From positions 1 through 43,649 of the forward strand of contig JANNXQ010000197.1 of the NCBI GenBank assembly GCA_031409655.1: 43,649 nucleotides of DNA, written 5' to 3'. The notes under the pieces are model-generated. The model did not search any database and was not told the DNA's origin. It saw nothing but the letters and a program-made list of their open reading frames with translations. The position numbers and the translations under genes were made by a program. Source of the stretch: Chthoniobacteraceae bacterium. Lineage in GTDB: Bacteria; Verrucomicrobiota; Verrucomicrobiia; Chthoniobacterales; Chthoniobacteraceae. Position 1 is the first letter of the stretch. Each line of letters begins with the position of its first letter. This document shows, piece by piece, positions 7,403 through 16,786 of the stretch.

Positions 7403-10400
7403 CTACGGCGCGACGGAAACCTCCACCCGGAAAAATTTTGGGTGCCACGGGCCGAGGTTGGCGGGGAAAGCAATCGCCACGGCTTCGTAGTTCGCGTCTG
7501 CGGAGAGGACGTCGGGAACGCCGGTGCCGGGTTGCCAATCGTCGAGTTCGGCACTGAAGAGTGCGGCATAGGTGAGACCGCGGGAGGCAGCGTCTTTACG
7601 ACGGATGAAAACACCGGCGTAGGCCGTGCCGCCGGAGATTGGATTCGGAATGACGATCGGCTGGCCATTGCGGACGAGCGTAGCTCCGGAGATCGCGAGT
7701 TCCGCCGGGCCCTGGTTGGGATTGCTCGCGCCGGTCCCAAAACCGAGTTCCAACAAGTTGCGGATGCCATCACCATCGAAGTCTTCGAGCGGCCCGGAGT
7801 TCGGGCCGGTGAGGCCGAAGGCGTTCGCGAGTTCTTCGTACTTCGATAGGCGCTGCACCGCCAGACTGTAGGTCCTTTTCGTGACCCCATCTTGCGCGGT
7901 GACGAGGACCTCGATGGAATTCGCCCCCAGCGCAATATTCAGCGGCGCGCTGCTGGCCGCGGAGGCGAGCGGCGTGAAAGTGCCTCCATTCACGCGCACT
8001 TGCAGCGTCGCCGCGGCGTTGTCGGCGGTGGGGGTCACGATCACAGACGCGGTGGCGTTTGAGACCGTCGCCGCGTAGGCCGTCGTCCCACTGGCAAACG
8101 ATGGAGTGAGATCTCCCGCCGTCGTCGTGAGCGCGGCGAGGTTCGGGTTGGTGCTCTGCGTGGTGAAGGTGAAATTGGTGCCGTAGGTGGTGCCCATCGC
8201 GTTCTGCGCCACGCTGCGGAAGTGATAGCCCTGCGGCAGGAGTCCGGAGATTGCGCCGCTCACATTCACACTCGTGGTGCCGCTCCCGATGGCCTGCGAC
8301 GCGGTGATCGTGCCGTAGCTCTTCGTGGCTCCGTATTCAAACCAGGCATTCGTCGCGACGCCATTGGGCAGGACATGACCATTGAGCGTGGCGCTGGCCG
8401 GCAGGACATTTGTCGCGACATCGGTGAAGGCCTCGGGCAGCGACAGGCTCCCGATCGTGACGGTGTGCGTGCTCGTGCCGAGATTGCCGCCGGTGGCGTT
8501 GAAGAGATTCAGCACGATGGTCTCCGCGAGTTCGGGGATCAGGTCGGCCGTGATCGCGATCGGGATGTTCACCGTCGTGGTGCCGGGAGGAAAAGTGAGC
8601 GTGCCTTCCGCGAGGGTGAAGTCGTGGCCATTGCCGGTGGCGGTGCCGCTGGCGACGCGATAGCGCACGCTGATTTCGCCCGCGGGCGTGCCGGTGACGT
8701 TCACCGCCACGTTGTGCGTGCCCGCGCTTTCCGCGACGCTGCTCGTCGTGCCGCCGAAGCCCACAGTGCCGCTGGCAAAGCCGTCATTGTCCGCGAGGAA
8801 CATCGTGGCGCTGCCGGTGCGCACGCCGTAAGTGCCGGGCGCGGGCGTCACATTCAGCACGATGCTCTCGACGCCTTCGGGATCGGTGTCGTTGACCGGC
8901 GTGACGTCGATGTATGCGCCGGTCGCACTCGCGAGGATGGTGACGCTGCCGGTGGTGCCGGTGTAGTCCACGCCTTCGGTCGCGGTGCCGCTCATCGTGT
9001 AGTTCACGACGAGATCCGCGGCCGTCGCCACTTTCCGCACGACGCTGAAACGCAGCACTCCGGCACCGCTCGTCTCCGAACCTTGGTTCTGCAAGGTGGA
9101 GCCGGTGTCGGCCACGGACACGTCGATCGTCGGTTGATCGCCATCGAGGATGTAACCGACTCCGACCGGATCGATCGCCGGCATCAGCGTGTAGCCCGCG
9201 CCGGAGAGCAGCGTGAGCGTCACGGTCTCGGCGTCTTCGATCGCGGTATCGGCCAGCGCGGAGATGGTGATGGATTTCGTGGTGTCGCCCGCGGCAAAGG
9301 CCACGCTCGACGCGACTGAGGTGAAGTCCGAGCCGCTCGTCGCGGTGCCACCGATGGCGTAGTTCACGGTCACGGCGCTGCCGGTCGCAGGGCGGATGAT
9401 TTGAAAGGTGATCGCCGTCGTGCTGCCGCTCGCGGGCTCGGTCACGCCGCTCTGGGTCATCTTCACGTAAAACTGCGAGGCGTCGTTGTCCGTGATGTTC
9501 ACCGTCGCGATGCCATTCCCAGCGATGGCGTAGGTCGTGGTGCTGCGGAGTTGGAGGATCACGTCCTGCGGGCCTTCGTCGATCGCGTCGTCAAAGGGCC
9601 AGATCTCGACCGTCGTCGCCGTTTCCCCGGCGGGAATGACGGCGCGACCATCGAGCCGGCGATAGTCGCCGCCGTGGATCGCGCGACCGGCGAGCGAGTA
9701 GTCCACCGTGACCGGGAGTGCGAGGTCGCCACCGGTGCGCGAGATGGTGAAGACGCCCGGATCCGCGCCCGTCTCGCTCGCCGTCGCGTCGGTGGCGGTG
9801 AGCGTGAGCGTCGGCACGTCGTCGTCGTGCAGTTGTGCGGTCACGTTATTCGACTGCGTGTCCCGGGCGTAGGCGGCGTTGGTGGTGATGGTCACGATCA
9901 CGGTCTCGGTGCCTTCCTGTGCGGAGTCGTTCACCGGCGTGAGGGTGAAAGGCACGCTCGCGCTGCCGGCTGGGATCACCACCGGGGTCGTGAGGGTGTA
10001 GTCCGTGCCGCTAGTCGCGGTGCCAGTGCGCGTAAGATTCACGGTGAGCGCGTTGGTGGTCGCGCCATTGCGTTCGAGGAGCAGCGTCGCGGTGTCGCCG
10101 CCCGTTTCCCGCGCCACGTTATCCAGCGCCGTGATCCGCACCACGGGCAGTGTCCCGTTTTCATCATCAACGATCTCGACCGTGACAGTCGCCGCGCCCG
10201 CGAGCACGTAGCCGCCGGCGGTGTTGGCAAAGTTCAGCACGGCGTACTCCACGCCCTCCGCGCTGCTGTCGTTCACGGGCGTGATCGTGATGTCGAGGAA
10301 GCTCGCGCCCGCCGGAATGGTGAGGAAGGACGTGCCGTTGCCACCTTCCGTCGTGGCCGCGGTGAGCGCGGGGCTCAGCGTGTAATCGGAAGTGCGCGCC

Positions 10401-13099
10401 GCGGTCCCGGTGCTCGCATTGAAGACCTGTGCGTCGAGTGCCGCCGTGGGGTCGCCGCTGCGCGTGATGCGGATGGTGCCGGTGCCGGGCGCGGCGCCTT
10501 CGTTCGCCGTGGCGTCGGGTGCGGTGATGGTGAGCGTCGGCAGCGTTACCGACGTGAAGTTTTTCCCCGTCGCGTTGGGGCCGACCGCCACCGGATTCGT
10601 GAAGCCTGAGGCCGTGAAGACGGAGGGATACAGATTCGGCGTGATGGTGAAGTTGCCGGCGCTGAGACCGGTCAGCGTGTAGTTGCCATCGCTGTCCGTC
10701 CAGGTGCCGCGGAAGTTCGAGCTGTTGCCATGGCTCGTGGCATTCGAAGGTGCGTAGTTCGCTACATACACACCTTCGAGCGGCGCGCTGCCGGAGCCGG
10801 TGATCTGTCCACTGACCGTGAAGTTCGTCGGCGTGCCGACGGTGATGAGCAACGCGCGGGTGGTGCGTTTCCCCTTCATGTCGCTCGCCGTGCAGAGCGC
10901 CTGATAGTGCCCCGCGCTGCTCCACGATTTCGTCTGCGTCGCGGAGTTATTCAGCGAGTAAGTGCCGTCGCCGAAGACCCACGCATAGGCGATCGGATCG
11001 CCATTTGGATCGGTCGCCATCGCGGTGAAAGTAACGACCGCACTTGCCGCGGGTGCGTTGTTATCCACGCCGATCGCCAGCGTCGGCGCAGCATTACCCG
11101 GCACGTTACCGATGCTCACGTACACATCCATCGAAGGCGGCGCGGAGGCGATTTTGGCCACGGGCGTGACGTGGATATTCACATCGTCATCCGAGAAGGT
11201 GCGCCCGATCCACAGCGCCGAATCGTTGCGCGTATCGGTGATCCCATTCCCAAACGAACCCGGCGTCATGTCGAGGAGTTGCGCCCCGCGGTTGCTCCCA
11301 TTGAAGGGGCTGCCGCCACTCCCGCCGATGCCGCCCTGGCCCCAGCCGTCCCAGGTCATCATCAGCCCATTCGTCAAACCGATATTCGTCGTGTGCCGTT
11401 GCCGAAACTCCGCGAAATACTCGCGTTCCGCATCCTTCCTGATCCGCAGCGCATAACGATTGGCGGGATGGGCAACGGCGTAGTCAAACTGGTGAATGCG
11501 ATACAGCCCACTCCGCGCCACCCGCCAGTGGGTCTCGTCGGGCAGCCAGTTGAGGATGTTCTTAAAGTGCGCGGTGAATTGGCCGACGCTGCCGCTGCTG
11601 CCCATCACGTCGAAGGTGTTCCCGTATTCCTGATTGTTGCCAGGTCCGATCTGGCTCGGCGGCGTCGTACGCCAGTGGTTCGCGTGCCACACGCCGAGGT
11701 TGTGCCCCAGTTCGTGGACGAAGGTGCCGACGCTGTTCGTCTTCATGCGCATGCCGCGACCGCCCACCGATGCGCTCCCGCCATACGAGCCGACGCTCCC
11801 ATTCCACCGTGCGCAGTCGAGATCGTAGGAGAGATAATCGTAGCCCATCGACCGCGCGATCTGCCGGGCGTGGTTGTAGATCAGGTTATCCGCGCCGCCC
11901 ACGTCGGTGTTGCGCTGCACATACCAGCTCTCGGGATACGGGAGCACGATGAGCGGCGGTGTGGCGAAGGTGAAGTAGCAACGCCCGTAGCTGGTCTGCG
12001 CGATGTAGTCGGCCATCTGCCGCAGTACATCGAGGCACTCCGCGTCGCTCATCGGATCGATGCGGTGATCGGGGAAAGTCGCGCGGATGTACAGGAACTT
12101 GCGATGCCCCGTAGTAAAGGTGCCCGGCACCGTGCCAACCGGAGCCGTGCCCGGCGACGAGCCCGCGCCCGCATTCAGCTCGTAGCCCATCGAAGCCCAA
12201 TGCGCGCGCTCTTCCTCCGCGGAAATCTGCTGCGCCACCTGCTCGATGTGCCCGCCGCTGCACACATAAACGAGCCGCTCCATTGTCTCGAAAGCCGGGG
12301 TCTCCGCAGTGACCGCGGGCAGCGTCTCGTCGGGCTTTTGCTCGACCGGCGTCGTGATCCCCGAGACTGGGCAAACCGTCTCCACCTTGCGCCCATCCGC
12401 CATGGGCCGCTCTCCGACCTCGAGCTGGCGCACCGGCGAGTCCGCCACTGCCACAGCGTGCGCCACCGCGATGCCATTCGCCGAAATCGTGCTCATCGTC
12501 CGCTGCCCCGCTCGCTGGCCATAGACATAGGCATTCCACCGCTTCCCATCCGCCGCCGTGAGCGTGCGGGTGTAAGGCTCCACCACCACCGCGACCGGCG
12601 CCTCCTGGTCTGGCACATTGCCCCAGACTTCGAGCGCACCGCGGGCCCGCACCCGCTCCTCGATCCGCGCGACGATGTTCGCCGGCAGATCCTGGCGGAT
12701 CACCATCGGCACCGCATTCGCCAGCGCCCGCTCGGGGTTCGTGGGGATCAGCGTCGCGATCGCCCGCGTATGTTCGACCGCCAGGATTTCCCCCCGCTCT
12801 TCCAGCGCCGCCCGGTCCCCAGGCGCGGCCGCAAAATACTCCGTCGTCCAACTCCGAAACGCCTCGACCGCCACCGGCGCATCCTCACTCACGAGCGCCT
12901 CGCCCGCCCCCACCGCGCTCGGCGGAGCCGACACCGGCGCAGTCGCCAGAGCAGGCGTCCCCGCAGCTCCGCTTTCCATCGGAGCCGCCGCTGGTGTCAC
13001 CCGCACCACGTCGCTCTTCCGCCCACCGCCGACCCAAAACAATCCCGCAACCGACAGCGCGACTGCCGCGAGAACGACGGGGAGACGAAGACTTTTCAT
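7403..13099 (-). CDS. Giant (1898 aa) surface/secreted metzincin-type zinc metallopeptidase with PKD, multiple Calx-beta and cadherin-like beta-sandwich domains
   Basis: N-terminal hydrophobic segment; HELGHNLGVWH zinc motif with DVMGS Met-turn; PKD YAWVFGDG; repeated GTAT.G.DY...IPAG...TPVND...EG.E Calx-beta units; LTPSFASGTTAYAATV...VTAQDG cadherin-like unit. Confidence 0.85.
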   Translation of the reverse strand: MKSLRLPVVLAAVALSVAGLFWVGGGRKSDVVRVTPAAAPMESGAAGTPALATAPVSAPPSAVGAGEALVSEDAPVAVEAFRSWTTEYFAAAPGDRAALEERGEILAVEHTRAIATLIPTNPERALANAVPMVIRQDLPANIVARIEERVRARGALEVWGNVPDQEAPVAVVVEPYTRTLTAADGKRWNAYVYGQRAGQRTMSTISANGIAVAHAVAVADSPVRQLEVGERPMADGRKVETVCPVSGITTPVEQKPDETLPAVTAETPAFETMERLVYVCSGGHIEQVAQQISAEEERAHWASMGYELNAGAGSSPGTAPVGTVPGTFTTGHRKFLYIRATFPDHRIDPMSDAECLDVLRQMADYIAQTSYGRCYFTFATPPLIVLPYPESWYVQRNTDVGGADNLIYNHARQIARSMGYDYLSYDLDCARWNGSVGSYGGSASVGGRGMRMKTNSVGTFVHELGHNLGVWHANHWRTTPPSQIGPGNNQEYGNTFDVMGSSGSVGQFTAHFKNILNWLPDETHWRVARSGLYRIHQFDYAVAHPANRYALRIRKDAEREYFAEFRQRHTTNIGLTNGLMMTWDGWGQGGIGGSGGSPFNGSNRGAQLLDMTPGSFGNGITDTRNDSALWIGRTFSDDDVNIHVTPVAKIASAPPSMDVYVSIGNVPGNAAPTLAIGVDNNAPAASAVVTFTAMATDPNGDPIAYAWVFGDGTYSLNNSATQTKSWSSAGHYQALCTASDMKGKRTTRALLITVGTPTNFTVSGQITGSGSAPLEGVYVANYAPSNATSHGNSSNFRGTWTDSDGNYTLTGLSAGNFTITPNLYPSVFTASGFTNPVAVGPNATGKNFTSVTLPTLTITAPDATANEGAAPGTGTIRITRSGDPTAALDAQVFNASTGTAARTSDYTLSPALTAATTEGGNGTSFLTIPAGASFLDITITPVNDSSAEGVEYAVLNFANTAGGYVLAGAATVTVEIVDDENGTLPVVRITALDNVARETGGDTATLLLERNGATTNALTVNLTRTGTATSGTDYTLTTPVVIPAGSASVPFTLTPVNDSAQEGTETVIVTITTNAAYARDTQSNNVTAQLHDDDVPTLTLTATDATASETGADPGVFTISRTGGDLALPVTVDYSLAGRAIHGGDYRRLDGRAVIPAGETATTVEIWPFDDAIDEGPQDVILQLRSTTTYAIAGNGIATVNITDNDASQFYVKMTQSGVTEPASGSTTAITFQIIRPATGSAVTVNYAIGGTATSGSDFTSVASSVAFAAGDTTKSITISALADTAIEDAETVTLTLLSGAGYTLMPAIDPVGVGYILDGDQPTIDVSVADTGSTLQNQGSETSGAGVLRFSVVRKVATAADLVVNYTMSGTATEGVDYTGTTGSVTILASATGAYIDVTPVNDTDPEGVESIVLNVTPAPGTYGVRTGSATMFLADNDGFASGTVGFGGTTSSVAESAGTHNVAVNVTGTPAGEISVRYRVASGTATGNGHDFTLAEGTLTFPPGTTTVNIPIAITADLIPELAETIVLNLFNATGGNLGTSTHTVTIGSLSLPEAFTDVATNVLPASATLNGHVLPNGVATNAWFEYGATKSYGTITASQAIGSGTTSVNVSGAISGLLPQGYHFRSVAQNAMGTTYGTNFTFTTQSTNPNLAALTTTAGDLTPSFASGTTAYAATVSNATASVIVTPTADNAAATLQVRVNGGTFTPLASAASSAPLNIALGANSIEVLVTAQDGVTKRTYSLAVQRLSKYEELANAFGLTGPNSGPLEDFDGDGIRNLLELGFGTGASNPNQGPAELAISGATLVRNGQPIVIPNPISGGTAYAGVFIRRKDAASRGLTYAALFSAELDDWQPGTGVPDVLSADANYEAVAIAFPANLGPWHPKFFRVEVSVAP

Positions 13100-13178
13100 A
13101 GGTAGAGGACAGGACAGGAACGAGGGAGGGGGGATGCCGACCTTACGGCAAGGCGAGATAACTCATAGTTCCACCGAT

Positions 13179-13413
13179 TTGCAACCGCTCGTCCCACCGC
13201 CACTCCGTCCCATTTTGGAAAAGGGTGACGGCTGGCGAGCGGATCACGAATGCTGATGGCCTCGCGCTCTACGTGGCAAAGGATCTGAGCGCGCTCGGAG
13301 CAATTGCGAATGTGGTGCGCGAGCGGGAGAAGGCCAGCCTCGCAAAGTTCGCCGAACTTTTGGCGAAGCGCGGCTTCGCGCCAGCAGGAACCTCCCTGCC
13401 GGAACTCGGCTGA
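13179..13413 (+). pseudogene. Frameshifted N-terminal fragment resembling MqnE/CofH-family radical SAM proteins
   Basis: Removing one G at 13223-13225 joins (M)QPLVPPPLRPILEK to VTAGERITNADGLALYVAKDLSALGAIANVVRER, which resembles the MqnE/CofH N-terminus. It ends about 30 aa later, with no CxxxCxxC motif. Confidence 0.55.
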
Positions 13414-13490
13414 GCGGCCCCGAGGTCAGAGCGGCTGCAAAAGGAAGGCGCGGCGTTTTCTACCGTCGCCGACACGGCCGCAGAAACTGC

Positions 13491-13519
13491 TTGCAGCCCC
13501 CGCGTCGGCCCGCCATCTT
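13491..13519 (+). promoter_or_regulatory. Putative sigma70-type promoter of tRNA-Glu
   Basis: TTGCAG-17 bp-CATCTT ending 21 nt upstream of the tRNA. Confidence 0.4.
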
Positions 13520-13540
13520 CTCGCACTCTTTTTCCAAAAA

Positions 13541-13612
13541 GACCCTATCGTCCAGCGGTTAGGACACCGCCCTTTCACGGCGGATACACGGGTTCGAATC
13601 CCGTTAGGGTCA
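13541..13612 (+). tRNA. tRNA-Glu(TTC)
   Basis: GACCCTATCGTCCAGCGGTTAGGACACCGCCCT-TTC-ACGGCGGATACACGGGTTCGAATCCCGTTAGGGTCA; CCA not encoded. Confidence 0.95.
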
Positions 13613-13702
13613 CTTTCCTTCCGCGGAGGGTGGAGTCTGAGAGGCTCGCTTCCACCAGGGGCGATTCTTCAACCCGCTGGCCGGCGGGATTCACGGACTC
13701 GG

Positions 13703-14923
13703 TCAGCGAGTGGCCGCGGTCGCGAGAATCTCGCCTTCCTCCACGGCTTCCCGCCAGACGGACAAACGATCGCCGAGTCCCACCCTGTCCAGGTATTCCA
13801 GGTCCAAGACCGTCGGTGCGGTATCGATCACTGGATCGCTGACTTCATTTTCCAGGCACGTCGCCACGTGGGTCACAGTGAGTGGGGTGAAAGATGACAG
13901 CCCGCTGCGCTGGGGTTCGTGATGGAGGCTGATCGCCTCGATGACGGCAAGCGGCAGGCCCCACTGGCTGAGGAGGAAGGCGCCCACATCGGCGTGGGAG
14001 GCCCCGAAAACTTCTCTTTCGATCTCGAAGAGAGGCGCACGGCGTTTGTGCGCGAGGCCGACCGCGGACTGATAACGATCGGGGTCACCCGACGCGAGGA
14101 TCACCTTGCCCACATCGTGCAACATGCAGGCCAGCACGGCTTCCTCAGTGGTCGCTTTATCCACTCTCTCGGCGCGGCAGATCTTTTGGGCCACCTGGCT
14201 CGTCGCGAGGCTGTGACTCCACAAGCGGGAGAGCGGGAAGCTCTTCATCCGCGCTTGATCGAAGCAGGAGAAGACGTGGACCGAGAGGACCAGCGATCTC
14301 ACCTTTTGCAGGCCGAGGATTTGCACGGCATCCACCGGATTGGAGATCCGGCGCGCGAGGCCGAAAAAGGCGGAGTTCACGAGCTGGAGGATTTTCGCCA
14401 TCATCGCGGGATCTTCCGCGATGATTTCACCGACGTCCGCGAGCGAAGCTTCCGGAGCATCCATGGCCCGGAGGATTCGGAAATAGAGGGAAGGGAGGCT
14501 CGGCACGCAGTAGTCGGCCGACAGGAGGCGCTCGATCCGCGCATCCAACGCCGCATCCTGCATGGAGCACAACCGCCAGATGGTGGAGCGCAGTACATTG
14601 AGATCGATGGGCTTGACGATGAACTGGTGCCGCCCAGCCAGCGCCTGCGCCACCTCCTCCTGATCCGAAGCCTTGGAGACGACAACCCGCGCGGCCTGCG
14701 GGTGGCGGTTCGCCGCATCGCGGAAAAGTTCGGGACCCGATCCTCCCGGAAGCCGCCACTTCGCGACGAGGACGTCACACGGCGCCGTCTCCATGATGCG
14801 CAAACTGGCTTCCAATTCGGTCGCAAAGTGCATTTCCCAAGTCGTTTCATCGCACTCGAAGAGCAGCCGGTACATCTCGAGGATCATGGGATCGTCATCG
14901 ACGAAGAGGATTCTTGTTTTCAT
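13703..14923 (-). CDS. Response regulator, (atypical) receiver domain plus HDOD domain
   Basis: RILFVDDDP and FIVKP receiver motifs; PSLP, DPAMMAKILQLVNSAFFGL, LWSHS, LHDVGK, SHADVGAFLLSQWGLP HDOD motifs. Confidence 0.9.
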   Translation of the reverse strand: MKTRILFVDDDPMILEMYRLLFECDETTWEMHFATELEASLRIMETAPCDVLVAKWRLPGGSGPELFRDAANRHPQAARVVVSKASDQEEVAQALAGRHQFIVKPIDLNVLRSTIWRLCSMQDAALDARIERLLSADYCVPSLPSLYFRILRAMDAPEASLADVGEIIAEDPAMMAKILQLVNSAFFGLARRISNPVDAVQILGLQKVRSLVLSVHVFSCFDQARMKSFPLSRLWSHSLATSQVAQKICRAERVDKATTEEAVLACMLHDVGKVILASGDPDRYQSAVGLAHKRRAPLFEIEREVFGASHADVGAFLLSQWGLPLAVIEAISLHHEPQRSGLSSFTPLTVTHVATCLENEVSDPVIDTAPTVLDLEYLDRVGLGDRLSVWREAVEEGEILATAATR

Positions 14924-14974
14924 ACGGAGTGAGGGTCCAGGACCGGCGACAACGGTCCTCTGACGCCCATGGAA

Positions 14975-14990
14975 AGCGCGCCGAGTGCCA
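14975..14990 (-). promoter_or_regulatory. Putative sigma54 promoter for the REC-HDOD gene
   Basis: Minus strand TGGCAC-TCGGC-GCGCT; perfect -24 box and GG-N10-GC spacing, but TT of the -12 box is replaced; about 50 nt above the ATG. Confidence 0.45.
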
Positions 14991-15058
14991 AGTTTCCGAC
15001 AGACTCCTCCCCTCGGGAAATTCCGCGAGCGCCGCCCACCGGGCGGCAGGCGCTGAAG

Positions 15059-15697
15059 TCAGAGGGAGGTGAGCGCCTGCTGATAGGCGGGGGTGAGTTC
15101 CGCCGGAGCGGCGACGCTCACCTTCAGGTCGCGGATCAGTCCGTCACTCAGCGAATAGACCCAGCCGTGTACCGTCAGATCCTGGCCTGCTTCCCATGCC
15201 TCCTGGACGACGGTGGTCTGGCAGACGTTCACGACCTGCTCGATGACATTCAGTTCGCAGAGCCGATCGGGCCGCGCTTCCTCGGGCACGAGTTCGATGC
15301 TCTCGGCATGCTTCAGCCGCACGTCCTGGATGTGGCGCAGCCAATTGTCGATGAGCCCGAGGCGGCGATTGAGCAGCGCCGCCCGCACTCCCGCGCAGCC
15401 GTAGTGCCCGACCACGAGAACGTGCTTCACCTTCAAGACCTCGACGGCAAATTGCATCACCGAGAGGCAATTCAGATCCGTGTGTACGACGACGTTCGCG
15501 ATATTCCGGTGGACGAAAATCTCGCCGGGGAGCAGGCCAGTGATCTGATTCGCCGGCACCCGGCTGTCCGAGCAGCCGATCCACAGATACTCCGGCGATT
15601 GCTGCGCGGCGAGGGATTGGAAGAAGCCCGGCTCCCGTGCGCGGATGGCCTCGGACCAAGTGCGATTATTCTGAATGAGGTGAGTGAGGTCCGACAT
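15059..15697 (-). CDS. can: Beta-class carbonic anhydrase
   Basis: MSDLTHLIQNNRTWS start; QQSPEYLWIGCSDSRVPA, FVHRNIAN and GHYGCAGV zinc-ligand motifs. Confidence 0.95.
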   Translation of the reverse strand: MSDLTHLIQNNRTWSEAIRAREPGFFQSLAAQQSPEYLWIGCSDSRVPANQITGLLPGEIFVHRNIANVVVHTDLNCLSVMQFAVEVLKVKHVLVVGHYGCAGVRAALLNRRLGLIDNWLRHIQDVRLKHAESIELVPEEARPDRLCELNVIEQVVNVCQTTVVQEAWEAGQDLTVHGWVYSLSDGLIRDLKVSVAAPAELTPAYQQALTSL

Positions 15698-15793
15698 CGG
15701 CGCGAGGTATAGCGTGACCCAGCGACGGAAGGAAACTGCGATGTGCAATGAGTGAGTTGCCACTGCGAAAGCCGATGATATGAAGCTGCGCGC

Positions 15794-16786
15794 ATGCCCT
15801 TGCTCGAAGCCGTCACCGCCAATTTGCTCACGCCGGCGGTGCTTTTTTTTGTGCTCGGCGTGCTCGCGGCGGTGCTGAAGACAGACCTGAAACTGCCGGA
15901 GTCGCTCTACGTCACGCTCACGGTGTATTTGCTCGTCGCCATCGGTTTTAAAGGCGGTGTCTCCATCTCGGAAGCGGGACTGGCGAAGGTGTGGTTCCCG
16001 GCGGCGGTCGCGATCGGGCTCGGGACGGTGATCCCACTCTGGTGCTATCCCCTGCTCCGGCTCGGCAAACTCCAAGCCGTGGACGCGGCCTCCATTGCCG
16101 CGCACTACGGCTCCGTGAGCGCGGTCACTTTCATCGCGGCGTCAAATTACCTGAAACAAATCGGCCAGCCGGCGGAAGAGTACGCCGCTGCTTTCCTCGC
16201 CGTGATGGAGTCGCCGGCGATCATCCTCGGCGTGTTGCTCGGGAAGATGGCGCTGCGGAGCGAAGGACGTGGAGGCTCGCTCGGTGAAACGATCCGCGGC
16301 GCGCTGCACGAGGCGCTGCTCGGACGCAGCGTCTTCCTGCTCCTGGGCGCGCTGCTCGCCGGCTATCTCAGTGGAAAGCGCGGCTACGACGCCACGGCGG
16401 GATTTTTCGTCACACCTTTTCAAGGAGTGCTCACGCTCTTCCTGCTCGAGATGGGCACCGTGGCGGGACGGCGTCTCGGGGACTTGAAGAAGGCGGGGCC
16501 CTTCCTGCTCGCGTTCGGTCTCGTGATGCCGCTGATCCACGGTTTCATCGGGGCGGGCGCAGGGAAATTTGCGGGCCTCGGCCTCGGCGGCTGCGCGCTG
16601 CTCGGCACGCTCGCGGCGAGCGCCAGCTACATCGCCGCTCCCGCCGCGATGCGGCTCTCGCTGCCCGACGCCAACCCCACCCTTTCCCTCACCGCCGCGC
16701 TCGCCATCACTTTTCCCTTCAACGTCACGCTCGGGATTCCGCTTTACCTCCAGATGGCCCGCTGGTGGATGGGAAACACGCCATGA
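15794..16786 (+). CDS. sbtA: Sodium-dependent bicarbonate transport family permease (SbtA-like)
   Basis: About ten hydrophobic helices; AIGFKGG, AAHYGSVSAVTF, MESPAII, LFLLEMG, ASASYIAAPAA and ITFPFNVTLGIPLY motifs. Confidence 0.9.
   Translation: MPLLEAVTANLLTPAVLFFVLGVLAAVLKTDLKLPESLYVTLTVYLLVAIGFKGGVSISEAGLAKVWFPAAVAIGLGTVIPLWCYPLLRLGKLQAVDAASIAAHYGSVSAVTFIAASNYLKQIGQPAEEYAAAFLAVMESPAIILGVLLGKMALRSEGRGGSLGETIRGALHEALLGRSVFLLLGALLAGYLSGKRGYDATAGFFVTPFQGVLTLFLLEMGTVAGRRLGDLKKAGPFLLAFGLVMPLIHGFIGAGAGKFAGLGLGGCALLGTLAASASYIAAPAAMRLSLPDANPTLSLTAALAITFPFNVTLGIPLYLQMARWWMGNTP

Noticed and set aside
8222..13105. + strand ORFs of 365, 402 and 791 aa
   Set aside because: Antisense shadows of the 1898-aa gene; Arg/His-rich nonsense composition.
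7190..13612. Genomic island integrated at tRNA-Leu or tRNA-Glu
   Set aside because: The giant gene lies on the 5' side of both tRNAs; no integrase or duplicated tRNA 3' end was seen.
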